Shown here piece after piece: positions 24,656-38,524 of a stretch of DNA of 64,000 bases; the stretch's first letter is position 1; every line of letters begins with the position of its first letter. Under the pieces are notes generated by a model. The model was not told the DNA's origin, did not search any database, and was given only the letters and a program-made list of their open reading frames with translations. This stretch comes from Eledone cirrhosa. Lineage: Eukaryota. The stretch lies in contig OZ024756.1 in assembly GCA_964016885.1 (NCBI GenBank), forward strand, positions 7,006,001-7,070,000. Reading direction: 5' to 3'. The translations under genes and the position numbers were made by a program.

Positions 24656-24884
24656 TCCTCACTTTCTGTTGCTTCACAATTTTGTTTGTTTACCCTCGCG
24701 TCCCCTTTATTTACGTGTCCCAACGACTTTTTTTAGCCGTTGCTCGCACCAACCGGAGGTATATGGTCTTTAAAGCGATGAAATGCCTATGATGGTTGGA
24801 AGATCACTGATGAAGGACAAACTTTTTTCATATGTAACCCGTTTGCAACACCACAGCGCCCTTATTATCATATATATATATATA

Positions 24885-25310
24885 ATATAGGAGGTGAGTT
24901 TTATTGTAGTACAATAAAGCAATGCAGATATCGGATAAGTAGCACTCTACAGTTTTGTAGGACTGGAGTATAAATAATATAAGATCAAAAGATGGTTAAA
25001 AGAGTTCCATCTATTTTATTATGCGCATTTCAAAAACAAATATCACCATGAGATGACATTTGCGTTTTCGTCAGATAAAATAGGGAGACATGATATGAAG
25101 GTTAAAAAACACTTGTGAATAGTGCAGTTTTAAATCAACATATGTTGATTTAAAACTGCACTATTCACAAGTGTTTTTTAGCCTTCATATCATGTTCTCC
25201 TGTTTTATATGATGAAAACACAAATATTATTGCATGATGATGTTTGTTTTTGAAATGCGCATAATAAAATAGATGGAACTCTTTTAACCATCTTTTGATC
25301 TTATATTATA
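24885..25310. mobile_element. Second copy of the 16.5-kb fold-back family; hammerheads at 25012-25082 (-, CTGACGA) and 25201-25271 (+, core mutated to ATGATGA)
   Basis: High identity to 16515-16922 in the opposite overall orientation. Confidence 0.82.
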
Positions 25311-25375
25311 TATATATATATATATAACACTTTGTACTGCACTCTTCGTTATTGTTTTTTTTGTCTTCTGTTATC

Positions 25376-25460
<85 letters not shown>

Positions 25461-25465
<5 letters not shown>

Positions 25466-25652
25466 CGAAGAAGGTGTGGTAAAGAACCAGATGGACCATA
25501 ACGCACCAGAGTACTCAATACTTAGTGTAGTAGAATGGGTAATAGGAAAAGTGTGACCCCGACGGCAGAACTCAAGCCGTTTCGACGGCTATTTCTGGAC
25601 TGAAATAGCCGTCGAAACGGCTTCAGCTCTGCCGTCGGGATCACACTTTTAG
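25461..25652. mobile_element. Short fold-back family, copy 2
   Basis: Same tail and GAAACGGC..GCCGTC inverted arms; TA flanks. Confidence 0.75.
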
Positions 25653-25886
<234 letters not shown>

Positions 25887-26051
25887 ATATGGGGTAACAA
25901 GTTATCGTTATAGGTAATCTAGTTAGAGGCTGTGAGTACTCTGCGTTGTGGATAGTTTTAACGTACGGCTTTGTTTGACTCAACAAGATGTTTCCATATT
26001 TAGGCAGCGAGTTCGCGGTAATTCTTCTGCAGGTTATACTTGGAGTAATAG

Positions 26052-26318
26052 TAGTGAAAGAATGAAAAGTAACATGGTTGGCTGTACAACAAGGGGCTTT
26101 ATTTCAGGTATTAACAATTGTTTTATTGATCAGGTGAGTCAAGTCCTCAAAATAGTATTCCGATGATTTGATCAGAGAGACACAATGTATTTAAGGTCAA
26201 TGACGCAACTTCGAGTGATTAGCAGCCTTTAGATTCACCTGATCAATATAAACAATTGTTAATACTTGAAATAAAACCCCTTTTGTACAGCCGACCATGT
26301 TATTCTTCAATCTTTCAC
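26052..26318. repeat. Diverged inverted repeat in a TA-flanked insert (probable PLE-type fold-back)
   Basis: 26052-26140 inverted against 26231-26318. Confidence 0.6.
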
Positions 26319-26340
26319 TATATATATTTATATATATATT

Positions 26341-26755
26341 TAATGTCAACTCTGGATGACGGTGAGCATGTCCAGCCAACCTCAGTCTTCTCTGTGTCCA
26401 ATTTGAGCTGACTTTTGGGATGCTCCCATACAGCTCTGAGTTTTTCACCCTCAGTGTATACTGATTAATGTTATGAGCCATCCTCAGCATTCTCGTGTAG
26501 CACCCATCCACCATCTGAGTGAGTTTATTGGTCAGTGTCCAAGTCTCAGACCCATACCGCAGCACAGACTCCACTACACCTTTGGGAGCCCCTACATGGA
26601 CACACTACAAGAAGAAGACCAAGGTTAACGTATGTTGATGCCCTAAGGACAGACACTGGTCTGTTGGAGACGCAGGACATGGCAGCGATAATGATGGACA
26701 GATACCGCTGAAGAGAACTCGTCCATGGATCTCGGGAATTTTACCCGCCTTAGAT
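26341..26755. mobile_element. RTE-like LINE 3' fragment with inverted 5' segment
   Basis: Minus 26578-26341: ESVLRYGSETWTLT..RRLRLAGHAHRHPEL; plus 26580-26753: LWEPLHG..RPRLTYVDALRTDTGL..DRYR*REL. Confidence 0.85.
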
Positions 26756-26981
26756 AGATATATTTAATATAGAAAAAGGCTTCTACAGGACTAGAACTGT
26801 TTCATTACTTACAGTGGTTGCACCCGATTGAACTGGGGATTTTATCTTATATATATATAATAGTTTTAAACGGTATATACTAATATACCAATTTAGAAAG
26901 TAACCAGGTTTTAATACATATCTATAGCGAGAGAAACAAATAAAATTTAAGTTGTTAAATAAAAAAAAATTTACACACTTG

Positions 26982-27038
<57 letters not shown>

Positions 27039-27769
27039 TGCGTGCGTGTGAGTAAATGTATGTGTGCGTGCGTGTGAGTAACTTTGTGCGTGCGTGTGCG
27101 TATGTTTGTGTGTGTGTGCAAGATGTTAAGTATTTTACATCTTTTATGCTCATATATCTAAACTCACTTATCAAATAGAAGTAATTATATATATGAGCGT
27201 GTGTGTGTTTCAGTGTGTGTGTGTGTGAGTGTGTGAGCGGCAAGCCTGTATGCTTGCTTGTGTAGATTTACCTATGCAAGTGTGTGTGCGTGTGTGTTGC
27301 ATATATCTCTGTTGAGAGTGCGTGCTGTGAGGCAAGAATGTTTCAGTGTATATATATATATATATATATATCCTTACGTACGAGTGTGTGTATGTGTGCG
27401 TGTGTATATGTGCGTGTGTGGGGGGGGGGCGTCTGTATAAGCGAAGCATACGTATGTAAAAGTGAAAAGAATATTTTATCCTCATCAAGTTTAATTAGAA
27501 AATCATCTAAACACACATACGAACAGACATACGAACATATATATGTGTGCGTATGTGTATGTATATGTGTATGTGTGTGTTCATGCGTGGCCATGTATGT
27601 GCGTGTGAGTGTGTGTGCGTGTGCGTGTATATGTGCATGTGTGTGTGATTATTTGTGTGTGTGTGTATGTGCACTTACACACACATATATAATCTCAAAC
27701 GAAGATAAGCTAAATTTTAATTAAATATATACGGCGGTCCTTCATTGAATATAAAATCTTGAAACTGGG

Positions 27770-29680
27770 GGGAGAAAATGGCATTGTGGTACTTAATGAT
27801 ATGGCCATGAGAAGTTTATTGTGTGTACTGAATGAGCTGAAGCAAGAAGCCAGTGTCCAGTCTTAATAGATTTAATTGTTCAATGTACAACAACATAGGA
27901 ACTCTGCAAACACGATACAGCGTTCTTCATAGCACAACAACAACACATTAATTCATCAGCAAATAGAGTTTGACTTTTATATAATCTACGTTCACAGTTA
28001 AACACAGCGAAGTATGTTTAACATCTAACGTTAAAACTATCATCCTTTTTCCATAAACTGAAGAAATGTCGTTTAGACGTATCTATATTGCTACCATTTA
28101 CAACGTTATCTTGCCATAAACTTATTGATTTTGTAAATATGATCTCAGCATCGATAGATATCAAACTGAGTTTTAATTGGTTGTCAATGTCATAACTAGT
28201 GATTAAAGTGAAACATGATTATTTCTGGTAGGAAAACGTTTAAAATATGCAATGGTCCTCGCACAGAAACTTAGTCTCTTTTACTGTAACATTTCTATAT
28301 CGTATAATAGGATTTCTTTGATAGCTTCAAGATAATCTAAGTACTGTCAAGAGAATTAGTGTGGCCCGCTAGGTGTCGCTATTGATTGACATATTTCAAG
28401 TATATGTGAACAATCGACTATAAGGCAATGTATAAGATTGTGTCGTATAAAAATCACAATACTCTAATTATAGATTCATACTGTGTTTTTAGACTGGTAC
28501 TAATCCTGGCGTCACTTCTTCTTCTTCTATATCTTTTCCTCGCTTCCATTCTCTCACTCACAATCCTTCTCTGGAGGACTTCTGCTCTATTAAGACTTGG
28601 AGAGGAGATGGGATCCACCAGGTTAAAATAAATGCCCTAGAAACGCCATATGTCACTACGATTTCCCCAGGAATTATGGTACCATACCATACTGTGTTTG
28701 TAAAGCAGATGCATGTGTTACTTAAATATATTGTAGAAACTATAGGGTGTATTTTCACAAACTGATTATTTATAATTTTGATGAATTGAAATATAATTTC
28801 TATATATAACATTACTAGCAAAAGAGCCCATCGTTGGCAGGTTCCCCCTCCGCCACCTTAAATAAAGACCCCCCTCTTTCCTCGACATGGCAGTTTTGAA
28901 ATAGCCCCAGAACTCTGCTATTTTAGGAAAGAAAAAATGTAAACTATATGTTGATACGCTCCTGGATCTAAATAACCTATGTCTCAAATTTGAACAAAAT
29001 CGGAAGGAAACTGTGGAAATGCATCGCTTGCATATAGACATACATTTCCGTTTTTATATAACACAATATGAGGCTCGTACTACGAGGAAACGTAGCAGAA
29101 TTGTGTGCTATCGACTAATGTATCAGTTGTGTTCCGTTTTTACCAAATTCATGATTGGCCTCCTTCCCAACAACAGATTTTTATGAGGCCTACCATTAAC
29201 ATTGCCCCTCACAGTTACCGACATACTGGTAGGCAATATCCCATGAACTTCAGTACTTCTTACTGTTTAACTCTAGTCAGCCATTTTCGAGTAGATTTAG
29301 ATTTATAGAAATTCCACCCGTGACCATCATGTTTTTTTTTTGTATTGTACAACGCATCCCTCGCTTTTTGTTTAGACGATACGATATGGCTGTTATTTCT
29401 AGGCGATTAAGCGATCGCATAATATTCTCGATCAGTCTTGTTAGACACATATTTTTGTATATTGAATATGCCTCTCCATGATGAAAGCTAACAACCCTAG
29501 AGAGATCTGCTAACAATTTCCTACATCCCAAGTGACGTATCTACAACAAAAATATCATAGTTGTATATGTGCAGAAATCTACTTGAGACACCTGGACTAC
29601 ATCAAATGATTGAGTGCGCCATGGTGTCCAAATTATGAATTTGAAAGACTTGGCCAGGTGTTGCTTGGTCTAATACTGAC
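27770..29680 (-). pseudogene. Exon-like remnants resembling fibronectin type III repeats (decayed host gene)
   Basis: Minus-strand readings PGQVFQIHNLDTMAHSII*CSP..IYNYDIFVVD (about 29660-29535), STEVHGILPTSMSVTVRGNVNG (about 29260-29190), and CAG/GTGAGT-bounded exon 28691-28562 reading IPGEIVVTYGVSRAFILTWWIPSP; stops present; matched by eye only. Confidence 0.35.
28815..29060 (-). mobile_element. Short non-autonomous Helitron-like element
   Basis: Minus-strand CTAG/T end at 28815 with an imperfect subterminal hairpin; TATATAAAAA-like start. Confidence 0.5.
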
Positions 29681-30551
29681 CAAAACCTATCAAGGTAATC
29701 AAAATAGATGCCATTTACTTATCTCCTAAAGATGACTATCTCACGGGTATCAAGATCTCTCACCTCTAAACCACAACAGAATCTTCTGTTTCCCAGACAA
29801 TACAGTTTTTACTACCTCTGAACAATATTTCAAGTAACCACTCCATTTAGTGAAGTTAGATTGTCCTCCCCCATTAGTGAGATTCAAGGATATGTTTCTC
29901 GTAAAATATTTCAATCTGTTTCTTATATCTACAATGATATATCCCCAAACTATAGACACCAGCTACAATATATTGCTAAAGGCTAAATTCTGTCTCGAAT
30001 CTGGAAACCCACCAGGCCGGGGCTTATCCCAGTTTCGAAGCAACTGAGCGTATAACACTCACTCCTGGACAGGCCACCAGTCCATCACAGGATTAAACTC
30101 CCAGTTATTGCTGGTAGTCATTTTCGGCTGAGTATACTATAGTAACGTAAAATATAGTGTTTTGTTCGAGAACATAACACACAGCCCAACCCTGAAATCG
30201 AAAGCATAACATTATGATCGTCAATCCTACACCCTTAGCACTAGGCCACGGGCATCGACGGAGTATACTGGAGCAACGTGAAATAAAGTGTTTTGCTCAA
30301 GGACAAAACACGCAACCCAGTCAAGAAATCGAAACCACGACATTATGAAGTCCAACACCCTTACCACTACAATATATAACAACCATAGGTTTATGGATCT
30401 TTTGAAAGCATTGCAGTGACATACTTAGGAAAAACAAATAGTTGTAAGGAGAGAGTACATATATTAAATATTCAAAACATTTCACAGTAACAGAATACCT
30501 TGCTAAGTAATGACAACTTAATCATTTATAAGAAAACAGCTACTACTAATA

Positions 30552-30762
30552 TACGGTTGGGGGGGGGGGGGGGCTGACAAGTTCATAGGATTACTATGAA
30601 GGAGTGATGCTAGAGCTGTGAAATCTTGCATGCAGTCATTTCAACTCTTTTTTTTTAAATTGATAACTGCATTGTTTCTTTCCATTTGATCATCCATGAG
30701 AGTATCTTGGTCACCCTATGCCTAGGAACCTTTTAGCAGAAGTTATATATATATAGCAGAAG

Positions 30763-30850
<88 letters not shown>

Positions 30851-31045
30851 AGGTAAGCTGAAAAGTTAATAGGCTGGCTGTTAAGGAGTGATGCTAGTGT
30901 TGTCAAATTTTGCATGCATTAATTTCATGCATTTATTAATAACTACAATGTTTCTTTCCAGGGCCTATGTTGAAAAATAAACCTCATTTGATCATTCCAT
31001 GAGAGTATCTTGGTCAGCCTATGAACCTTACAATCAACCGTTGTA
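30552..31045. mobile_element. Degenerate mariner-type MITE cluster
   Basis: AAGTTCATAGG / CCTATGAACTT inverted termini; related pieces at about 860-1140. Confidence 0.5.
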
Positions 31046-31739
31046 CATACAAACAACACAAGCTGAGAAATGAAGGAAAAAGTAGGAAAATTAAGTCAAA
31101 CTTAAGCGGGATAATCCCTGCAAATATAAAATCAGTCACAGCGGATATATTGATAAAGAACAGCATTGAAATTATACGTAAAATCAATAGGTAGGAAATT
31201 CAATGCTTCTTTATTTCCTGACTTCATTATTTTTAATACACTGAACAAAATCCTACATTGAAATCTATGAAAAGAATTCAGTTATATAACAATAAAAATT
31301 CCAGACAAAAGATTTAAAACAATAAGTAATTTCAGTCTTGGTAAATAATGGAAACGCCAATGAAATAACTGTCTGTATATATTTATAAAGAATATTGATT
31401 CTATCCAAGCAGAGACACACGACAATGGAATTATTCCTTGCCTAATAAAATTTCAACTAGGGTTTCACTGATTAATCGCTATCAGCCATATCAGTCATGT
31501 TTGCCAATTGTTCGTTTTTCATAGTCGGTCATTATTGTTTTGGAAGACAACGCCAATTGATGACAGAAACATTTAAAACTATTTGTTTCCTCACAGAATC
31601 AACTTCACACACTTTTTTCTGTATTTTACCCGATTTTCTCAACAATTAGTTATATTGCTCGACTAATATTACGGTACTTTCTGCGAAGGAGTGATATAAA
31701 CGCCAAGCTACTTATTTTGCGGTAGATTATGTACCTTTT

Positions 31740-32150
31740 GAAGGTGAGTGGCCGAGTAGTTAGAGAATTAGATTCGCAATCGTGAGGTTGTGAGTTCCAT
31801 TCCTGGACCGGGTGATGCGTTATATCCTTGGACAAGACACTTTATTTTACGTTGCTCCTTCTACCTGGAGTTGCGACCGATAGATAGTATTAGAAATTGG
31901 AAAGACCAATGGAAACATTATTTCCTCGGTCCGATTTGACGAAAGTCGATCGACTGTCGATATATACCTTATGATCGATCTTGTTGAAACGCAAATATTT
32001 TCTTACAAAGGTTAACGACTAAAGATTAATATGTAGGGATCAGTATCGCCCGAGCGAATGGTACGGTCACCATATTGTCATACGGCGTGCCTAGGGTTTA
32101 TTTAAACCTGACGGAGCCTATCTCCTCTCCAGGTCTGAATACAGCAGAGT
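31740..32150 (+). mobile_element. Composite SINE: family B head + about 300-bp distinct body
   Basis: Same head-body junction (GTTGCTCCTTCTA.CTGGAGTTGC) at 5005-5345; tail recurs inverted at 33085-33200. Confidence 0.6.
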
Positions 32151-32319
32151 TCTTCTAGAGAAGTATATAGGGTGAGAGAAAGGAATTGGGAAAAATATAT
32201 AGTGTGTGTGTGACAGCTCACACCTATACAGGTTTAGCTCGCCTCCCCCAAGGTATAAACTCGTTGGACGTGTCTTGGGTGATTTAATGATAGGGACCCC
32301 AGTCCTATCATCTCATTTC

Positions 32320-32455
32320 TACAGCTGAATAACTTGGAGCAACGTGAAATAAAGTGTCTTGCTCAAGAAAACAACACATCACCCGGTCCGATAATTGAAC
32401 TCACAACCTTTCGATTGCAAGCCCAATGCTCTAACCACTAAGCCATGCGCCTTCA
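32320..32455 (-). mobile_element. tRNA-derived SINE family B
   Basis: tRNA-like head plus TTGAGCAAGACACTTTATTTCACGTTGCTCC; other copies at 6470-6642 (-), 30010-30370 (-), 59005-59240 (+). Confidence 0.72.
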
Positions 32456-33539
32456 CGAAAGAGATATAGAATAAGAATCTACCCCAGTACTAGACCGGTA
32501 CTTTTTTTTATCGATCTCTAAAGATGTAAAGCAAAGTTGACCTCACCGGGATTTGAACTCAGAGAGAAGAGAGTCGCAGCGAATATTGCAAGCTATTCTA
32601 TTTGACGTTCTAACGACTCTAACAATTCGCCGCCTGATCGTGGATTAATCGAATGCGTAAAACTCAATATCTGACGAGTTATATTTCATCGATACAAGAA
32701 AGATGAAAAACAAAGTTGAACTAGCCGGGATTTGAACTCACGGGATTTTGAATCAACACATTCGCCACGTAATATTACTCAACATGGATTTTAATTATTT
32801 TGTAAGTAGGAAAGTATATTTTCGAGGTCACAGATTTAGGGTGTCAGACATCAAAGATGATGTGGGGGACAGTTGCAATTTTGTGAAACCGATAGACAGA
32901 GAATTGACAGAGTCGTGAGAACGTCGGATAGAATGTTTTATCGTATTCATTCCGGCTCACTGATCCTTGAGTTCAAATCCCGCCGAGGTCAACTTTGCTT
33001 TTCATCCTTTCGAAGTCGATAAAAAAAGTACCAGTCTAGTGCTGGTGTCGATTTTTCCTTTATATCTCTCTCTCATTTCCTCTCTCTGGAAGAAATCTGC
33101 TGTACTGAGGCCTGCGTGGGATGGGTTCCGTCAGGTTTTAAATGCCCAAGAAACGCCATATGACAATACGGCACCCCTACGACTCTAGCAGAGGTTACGA
33201 GACCATATATACATACATATATATATATGGGGGAGGGGTATATGTGGGTGTTGGTTTTTGTATGTCTACTGTAGTTACACACCTAACATATGTACAGGGT
33301 GTCCCCAAAATATGTATACACAATTCAACAGTATTCTAATAAATATTGATTGTACAGATAATCAAAATGTGTATACTTTTGGGGGGGGGAACCCCCTATA
33401 TATGTATATGTATATACACATAAATATATATACATGTGTGTGTGTGTATACTAAGTGCGTGTATGTAAATGTTGCTCCTCAGTACGTAAGTATGCGTGCG
33501 CTCATCTGTGTGCATGGTGTATGTGTGTGTCTGTTTACA

Positions 33540-34272
33540 TCCGCCACCACCACCACCACTACCACCACGACCGTCACCGCCACTACTACCACCGCGACCA
33601 CCGTAAGCAACACCACCGCCACCGCCACCACCACCGCCACCACAACCGACACCACCGCCAACACCACCACCGCCACAACTACTGCCACCACCAGCCACCA
33701 CCACCATCGCCCACCCCAACCTCTCACCACCACAACATCTACCACCACCACCCACCACCGCCAGCAACAACAACCACTACCACCACCACCACCACACCCA
33801 CTACCCCACCACCATTACTACCACCACCCCCACACCACCATCGTCAACACCACCACCATCGCCACCACGTCCACCACCAACCACCACCACCAACCACAAT
33901 CACCACAAGCCACCACCACCACCACTAACCACCACCACCACTACTACCAACACCCCAACCGTCAGCACCACCACCATCGCCGCCACCTCAACCACCAACC
34001 ACCATCACCGTCACCACAAGCCACCACCACCACCACCAACCACCACCAACCACCACGACCCCCCCAACCGTCAGCACCACCACCATCGCCGCCACCTCAA
34101 CCACCAACCACCACCACCAAACACCACCGTCACCACCAACCACAAACACCACCAACCACCACCACCACCGCCAAGCAGCAACCACCAACCACCATCACCG
34201 TCACCACCAACCACAACCACCACCACCACCACCACCAACCACCACCAACCACCAACACCACCACCGCCGCCA
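33540..34272. repeat. Degenerate (CCA)n low-complexity tract
   Basis: Direct reading; comparable (TGG)n at 45778-46135 and (TTG)n at 21288-21517. Confidence 0.9.
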
Positions 34273-34647
34273 TTCAATTTTCACCCACTACGGTTTTGTG
34301 TGTAATTAAAATTGTAAGGCTCAAGTGTGTGATAAACGAAAAACTAAACCTAATGGTGGCAAAATATGGCGGCGGTATGATTAGATCACTGATTGTTAGA
34401 TAAGTCATCTAAGTCATTCCAGTAGAGGCTAGATCTGTGATGGTTAGATAAGTCATCCCAGTAGAGGCAATATTGGAGAGGAATTCACTCCACTTGACAC
34501 CTTCTACTTAATTACCTGTGTGGAAAAGTGAAAAGAAAAAAATCTATATATTCCTAGCGAAAAGAGTTTTAACACATACAAACATTGCATTGAAATTCAC
34601 GCACAAACACAAACAAACACACACGCACAAATATATGGGTATATATG

Positions 34648-34717
<70 letters not shown>

Positions 34718-34864
34718 TATATATTATAAACATAGATATATATATATGCACATACACTTACATATATATATATACAGACAAATGTATATATCTTCTGCAT
34801 AGATTCACACGCGTACATACACACAGATACGCAAACACACACACACAAATATATGGGTATATAT

Positions 34865-34951
<87 letters not shown>

Positions 34952-35235
34952 ACATAGATATATATATATATGCGCATACACATACATATATATATACAGA
35001 CAAATATATATATCTTCTGCATAGATTCTCACGCGTACATACACACAGATACGCAAATACACACAGTCATACATTATATATATATACATATATATATATA
35101 TGTGTGTGTGTGTGGGGGGGGGGTATCAATGTTCTATCTTTGTATCTGTTATATAAACATCCTGCAAGGCAAATAAAAATGCATCGGCACACACGTGCAC
35201 TTTACACTAATGAATTTAGTAGTTCGTTCTCTCTC

Positions 35236-35424
35236 TTTTTAAATATAGGAAATTGTTCAAGACCTCGACGGCAGAGCTCAAGCTGTTTCGACCTCTGTCG
35301 AAAAGGCTTGAGCTCTGCCGTCGGGGTCTTGAACAATTTCCTATTAGCCACTCTACTACTCTAAGTATTGAGTACTCTGGTGCGTTATGGTCCAACTGCT
35401 TCCTTACCACACCTCCTTCGTTAT
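35236..35424. mobile_element. Short fold-back family, copy 3 (opposite orientation)
   Basis: Same tail on the other strand; arms joined at GAC-ctct-GTC. Confidence 0.75.
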
Positions 35425-35549
35425 CTTTTTATATATATATATATATCGTATATATATATATATTTATATATATATATCGTATATACATATATATATATAT
35501 ATATATATCGTATATATATATATATATATATATCGTATATATATATATC

Positions 35550-35589
<40 letters not shown>

Positions 35590-35613
35590 TATATATATAT
35601 ATATATATGTATC

Positions 35614-35653
<40 letters not shown>

Positions 35654-35711
35654 TATATATATATATATATATATATATATCGTATATATATATATATATA
35701 TATATATATCG

Positions 35712-35741
<30 letters not shown>

Positions 35742-35746
<5 letters not shown>

Positions 35747-36850
35747 GTTATCACATACATAAAATTAAATTAAATTAAATCAATGATACATATATGTGTT
35801 GCAACTGTTCACTTTTAAGCTCAATGAAGAATTAATAAGTTAAAATCAAAAGATCAGAGCATTATATCATAAAACGTGTCTATAGAATCAATCAGATATT
35901 AAAATATATACTATTTCTTCCTCTAATCAGCATAATTAACCATATACATAATCAAATCCAGCAAGCTTTAAGAGTAAATTTTCTAACTGGGAAATCTCCG
36001 ACAAATAATTGACCGCAGCCAGTTCGCGTTAACTCCGTTCCATTATTTATCAAATACTTCGGCAGCATGCAGAATCCGATCAAACATATCGTCAACCGCG
36101 CGTAATTAGTAGTAAAATTAAACTTAGAAGAAATGCGCACATACCGTAATTATATCTCGAGCATGGTTTCTTCCTTGTTTAGGACATCCAAATAATATGG
36201 ACTGTCCTGAGTCAGGATTTTCTTCAGGAGACAAACTCAGAAATAGACATTTAATTTCTCGGACAGACCCGCCAAATTTAGATTCAAAAATGGCTAGGAT
36301 CGCTATGTAGCTGTGTACCAACCAGAGAGAAAGCGTGTGATTGGTCGCTTACGGCGGGTAGGCATGCTGCTAGAAAGCGCAGCCATATATCGCCAAATTT
36401 AATCTCAACCGATAGGGAGATTATCAAATATAGAGGTTATCACATACATAAAATTAAATTAAATTAAATCAATGATACATATATGTGTTGCAAGTGTTCA
36501 CTTTTAAGCTCAATGAAGAATTAATAAGTTAAAATCAAAAGATCAGAGCATTATATCATAAAACGTGTCTATAGAATCAATCAGATATTAAAATGTTACT
36601 ACTAATTACGCGCGGTTGACGATATGTTTGATCGGATTCTGCATGCTGCTGAAGTATTTGATAAATAATGGAACGGAGTTAACGCGAACTGGCTGCGGTC
36701 AATTATTTGTCGGAGATTTCCCAGTTAGAAAATTTACTCTTAAAGCTTGCTGGATTTGATTATGTATATGGTTAATTATGCTGATTAGAGGAAGAAATAG
36801 TATATATTTTAATATCTGATTGATTCTATAGACACGTTTTATGATATATA
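35742..36850 (-). mobile_element. Non-coding PLE-type / retrozyme-like unit: 689-bp period, about 160-bp direct redundancy, about 255-bp inverted end
   Basis: 35742-35905 repeated at 36432-36594; 36595-36848 is the reverse complement of 35863-36115. Confidence 0.8.
36154..36232 (-). ncRNA. Type I hammerhead ribozyme
   Basis: GTCTC-CTGAAGA-(TCCT..AGGACA..TGTCCT..AGGA)-GAAA-CCATGC-TC-GAGAT; one stem III mismatch. Confidence 0.65.
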
Positions 36851-36862
36851 CATATATATATC

Positions 36863-36946
<84 letters not shown>

Positions 36947-36988
36947 TATATATATATATATATATCGTATATATATCGTATATATGTC

Positions 36989-37028
<40 letters not shown>

Positions 37029-37166
37029 TATATATATATATATATCGTATATATATATATCGTATATATATCGTATATATATATATATATCGTATATATA
37101 TCGTATATATATATATAATATATATATCGTATATATATATATATCGTATATATATATATATATATC

Positions 37167-37210
<44 letters not shown>

Positions 37211-37270
37211 TATATATATATATCGTATATATATATATATATATATCGTATATATATATATATATATATC

Positions 37271-37345
<75 letters not shown>

Positions 37346-37393
37346 TATATATATATATATATATAATATATATATCGTATATATATATATATC

Positions 37394-37431
<38 letters not shown>

Positions 37432-37451
37432 GATATATATATATACATATC

Positions 37452-37499
<48 letters not shown>

Positions 37500-37513
37500 C
37501 GTATATATATATC

Positions 37514-37600
<87 letters not shown>

Positions 37601-37803
37601 GATATATATATATATATATTATATATATATATATATATATCGTATATATATATCGTATATATATATATATATATATACGATATATATATATATATATGAT
37701 ATATATATATATACGATATATATATATATATATATAAGATATATATATATATCGAATATATATATATATATATATATCGAATATATATATATATATATAT
37801 ATA

Positions 37804-37838
<35 letters not shown>
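36850..37838. repeat. (TA)n array punctuated by CG
   Basis: TATATCGTATATA units; a second array at 35430-35730. Confidence 0.9.
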
Positions 37839-37842
<4 letters not shown>

Positions 37843-38279
37843 AATGTTATATTAAATTTGTTGGAATTCAACAAGCTTAAACATTTTATAACTGATATAA
37901 AGCACTCAACAATTTAGTTGAGTAAATATTCAATATATTAATAAACTATCAATATGCATAATATTGTCTTTACTTCTTCTTCTCTCTTTCTCTTTCTCTT
38001 TTCTTCTCTCTCCCTTTCACTATTCTTTCTCTCTCCACTTCAATAATTTTTCTCTTTCCCTCTCAATATTTTTCCTCTCCCCCTTTACATCTCCTCTTCT
38101 TCCAACAGTTTAATTTAAATAAACTGTTATCTTTTCAATTTTTCTGCCACTCATTTGCATACTCACTCATAACTTTGTATCACCCTCAATAAAATATTAT
38201 CTACACCATCCAGCGAACTTCAACCGTTAAGGTTGTCTTTTTTCCGGGTATGTCAATATTTATTTATAAAACAAATCTG

Positions 38280-38343
38280 TATTTTATCTGATGAAAGCGC
38301 ACCATAATTTGCCTTGGTTGCCCTTGAAATATATAATAAAATA
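38280..38343 (+). ncRNA. Type I hammerhead ribozyme, 5' pLTR of second PLE
   Basis: TATTTTAT-CTGATGA-AAG..GCACCA/TGGTTGC..CTT-GAAA-TATA-TA-ATAAAATA. Confidence 0.8.
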
Positions 38344-38524
38344 ATTATGGTTTTATAAATATAGTTTCCATTTTTTAATATATTGAATATTTACTCCACT
38401 ACGCTGTTGAGTGTTTGTATCAGTTATAAAATTGTTAAGCTTGTTGAATCCCAACAAATTAAATATAACCTCTGCATATATTTAGCTCCTTTATTGTTGA
38501 GCACTTTAAATTATAACTGATTAA

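Noticed and set aside
33258-34403. 381-aa Thr/His/Pro-rich ORF
   Set aside because: Read-through of a degenerate (CCA)n and TG/TA microsatellite; no domain or splice evidence
36699-37874. Long YI/IY and CV/HT repeat ORFs here and throughout the window
   Set aside because: Artefacts of stop-free dinucleotide microsatellites
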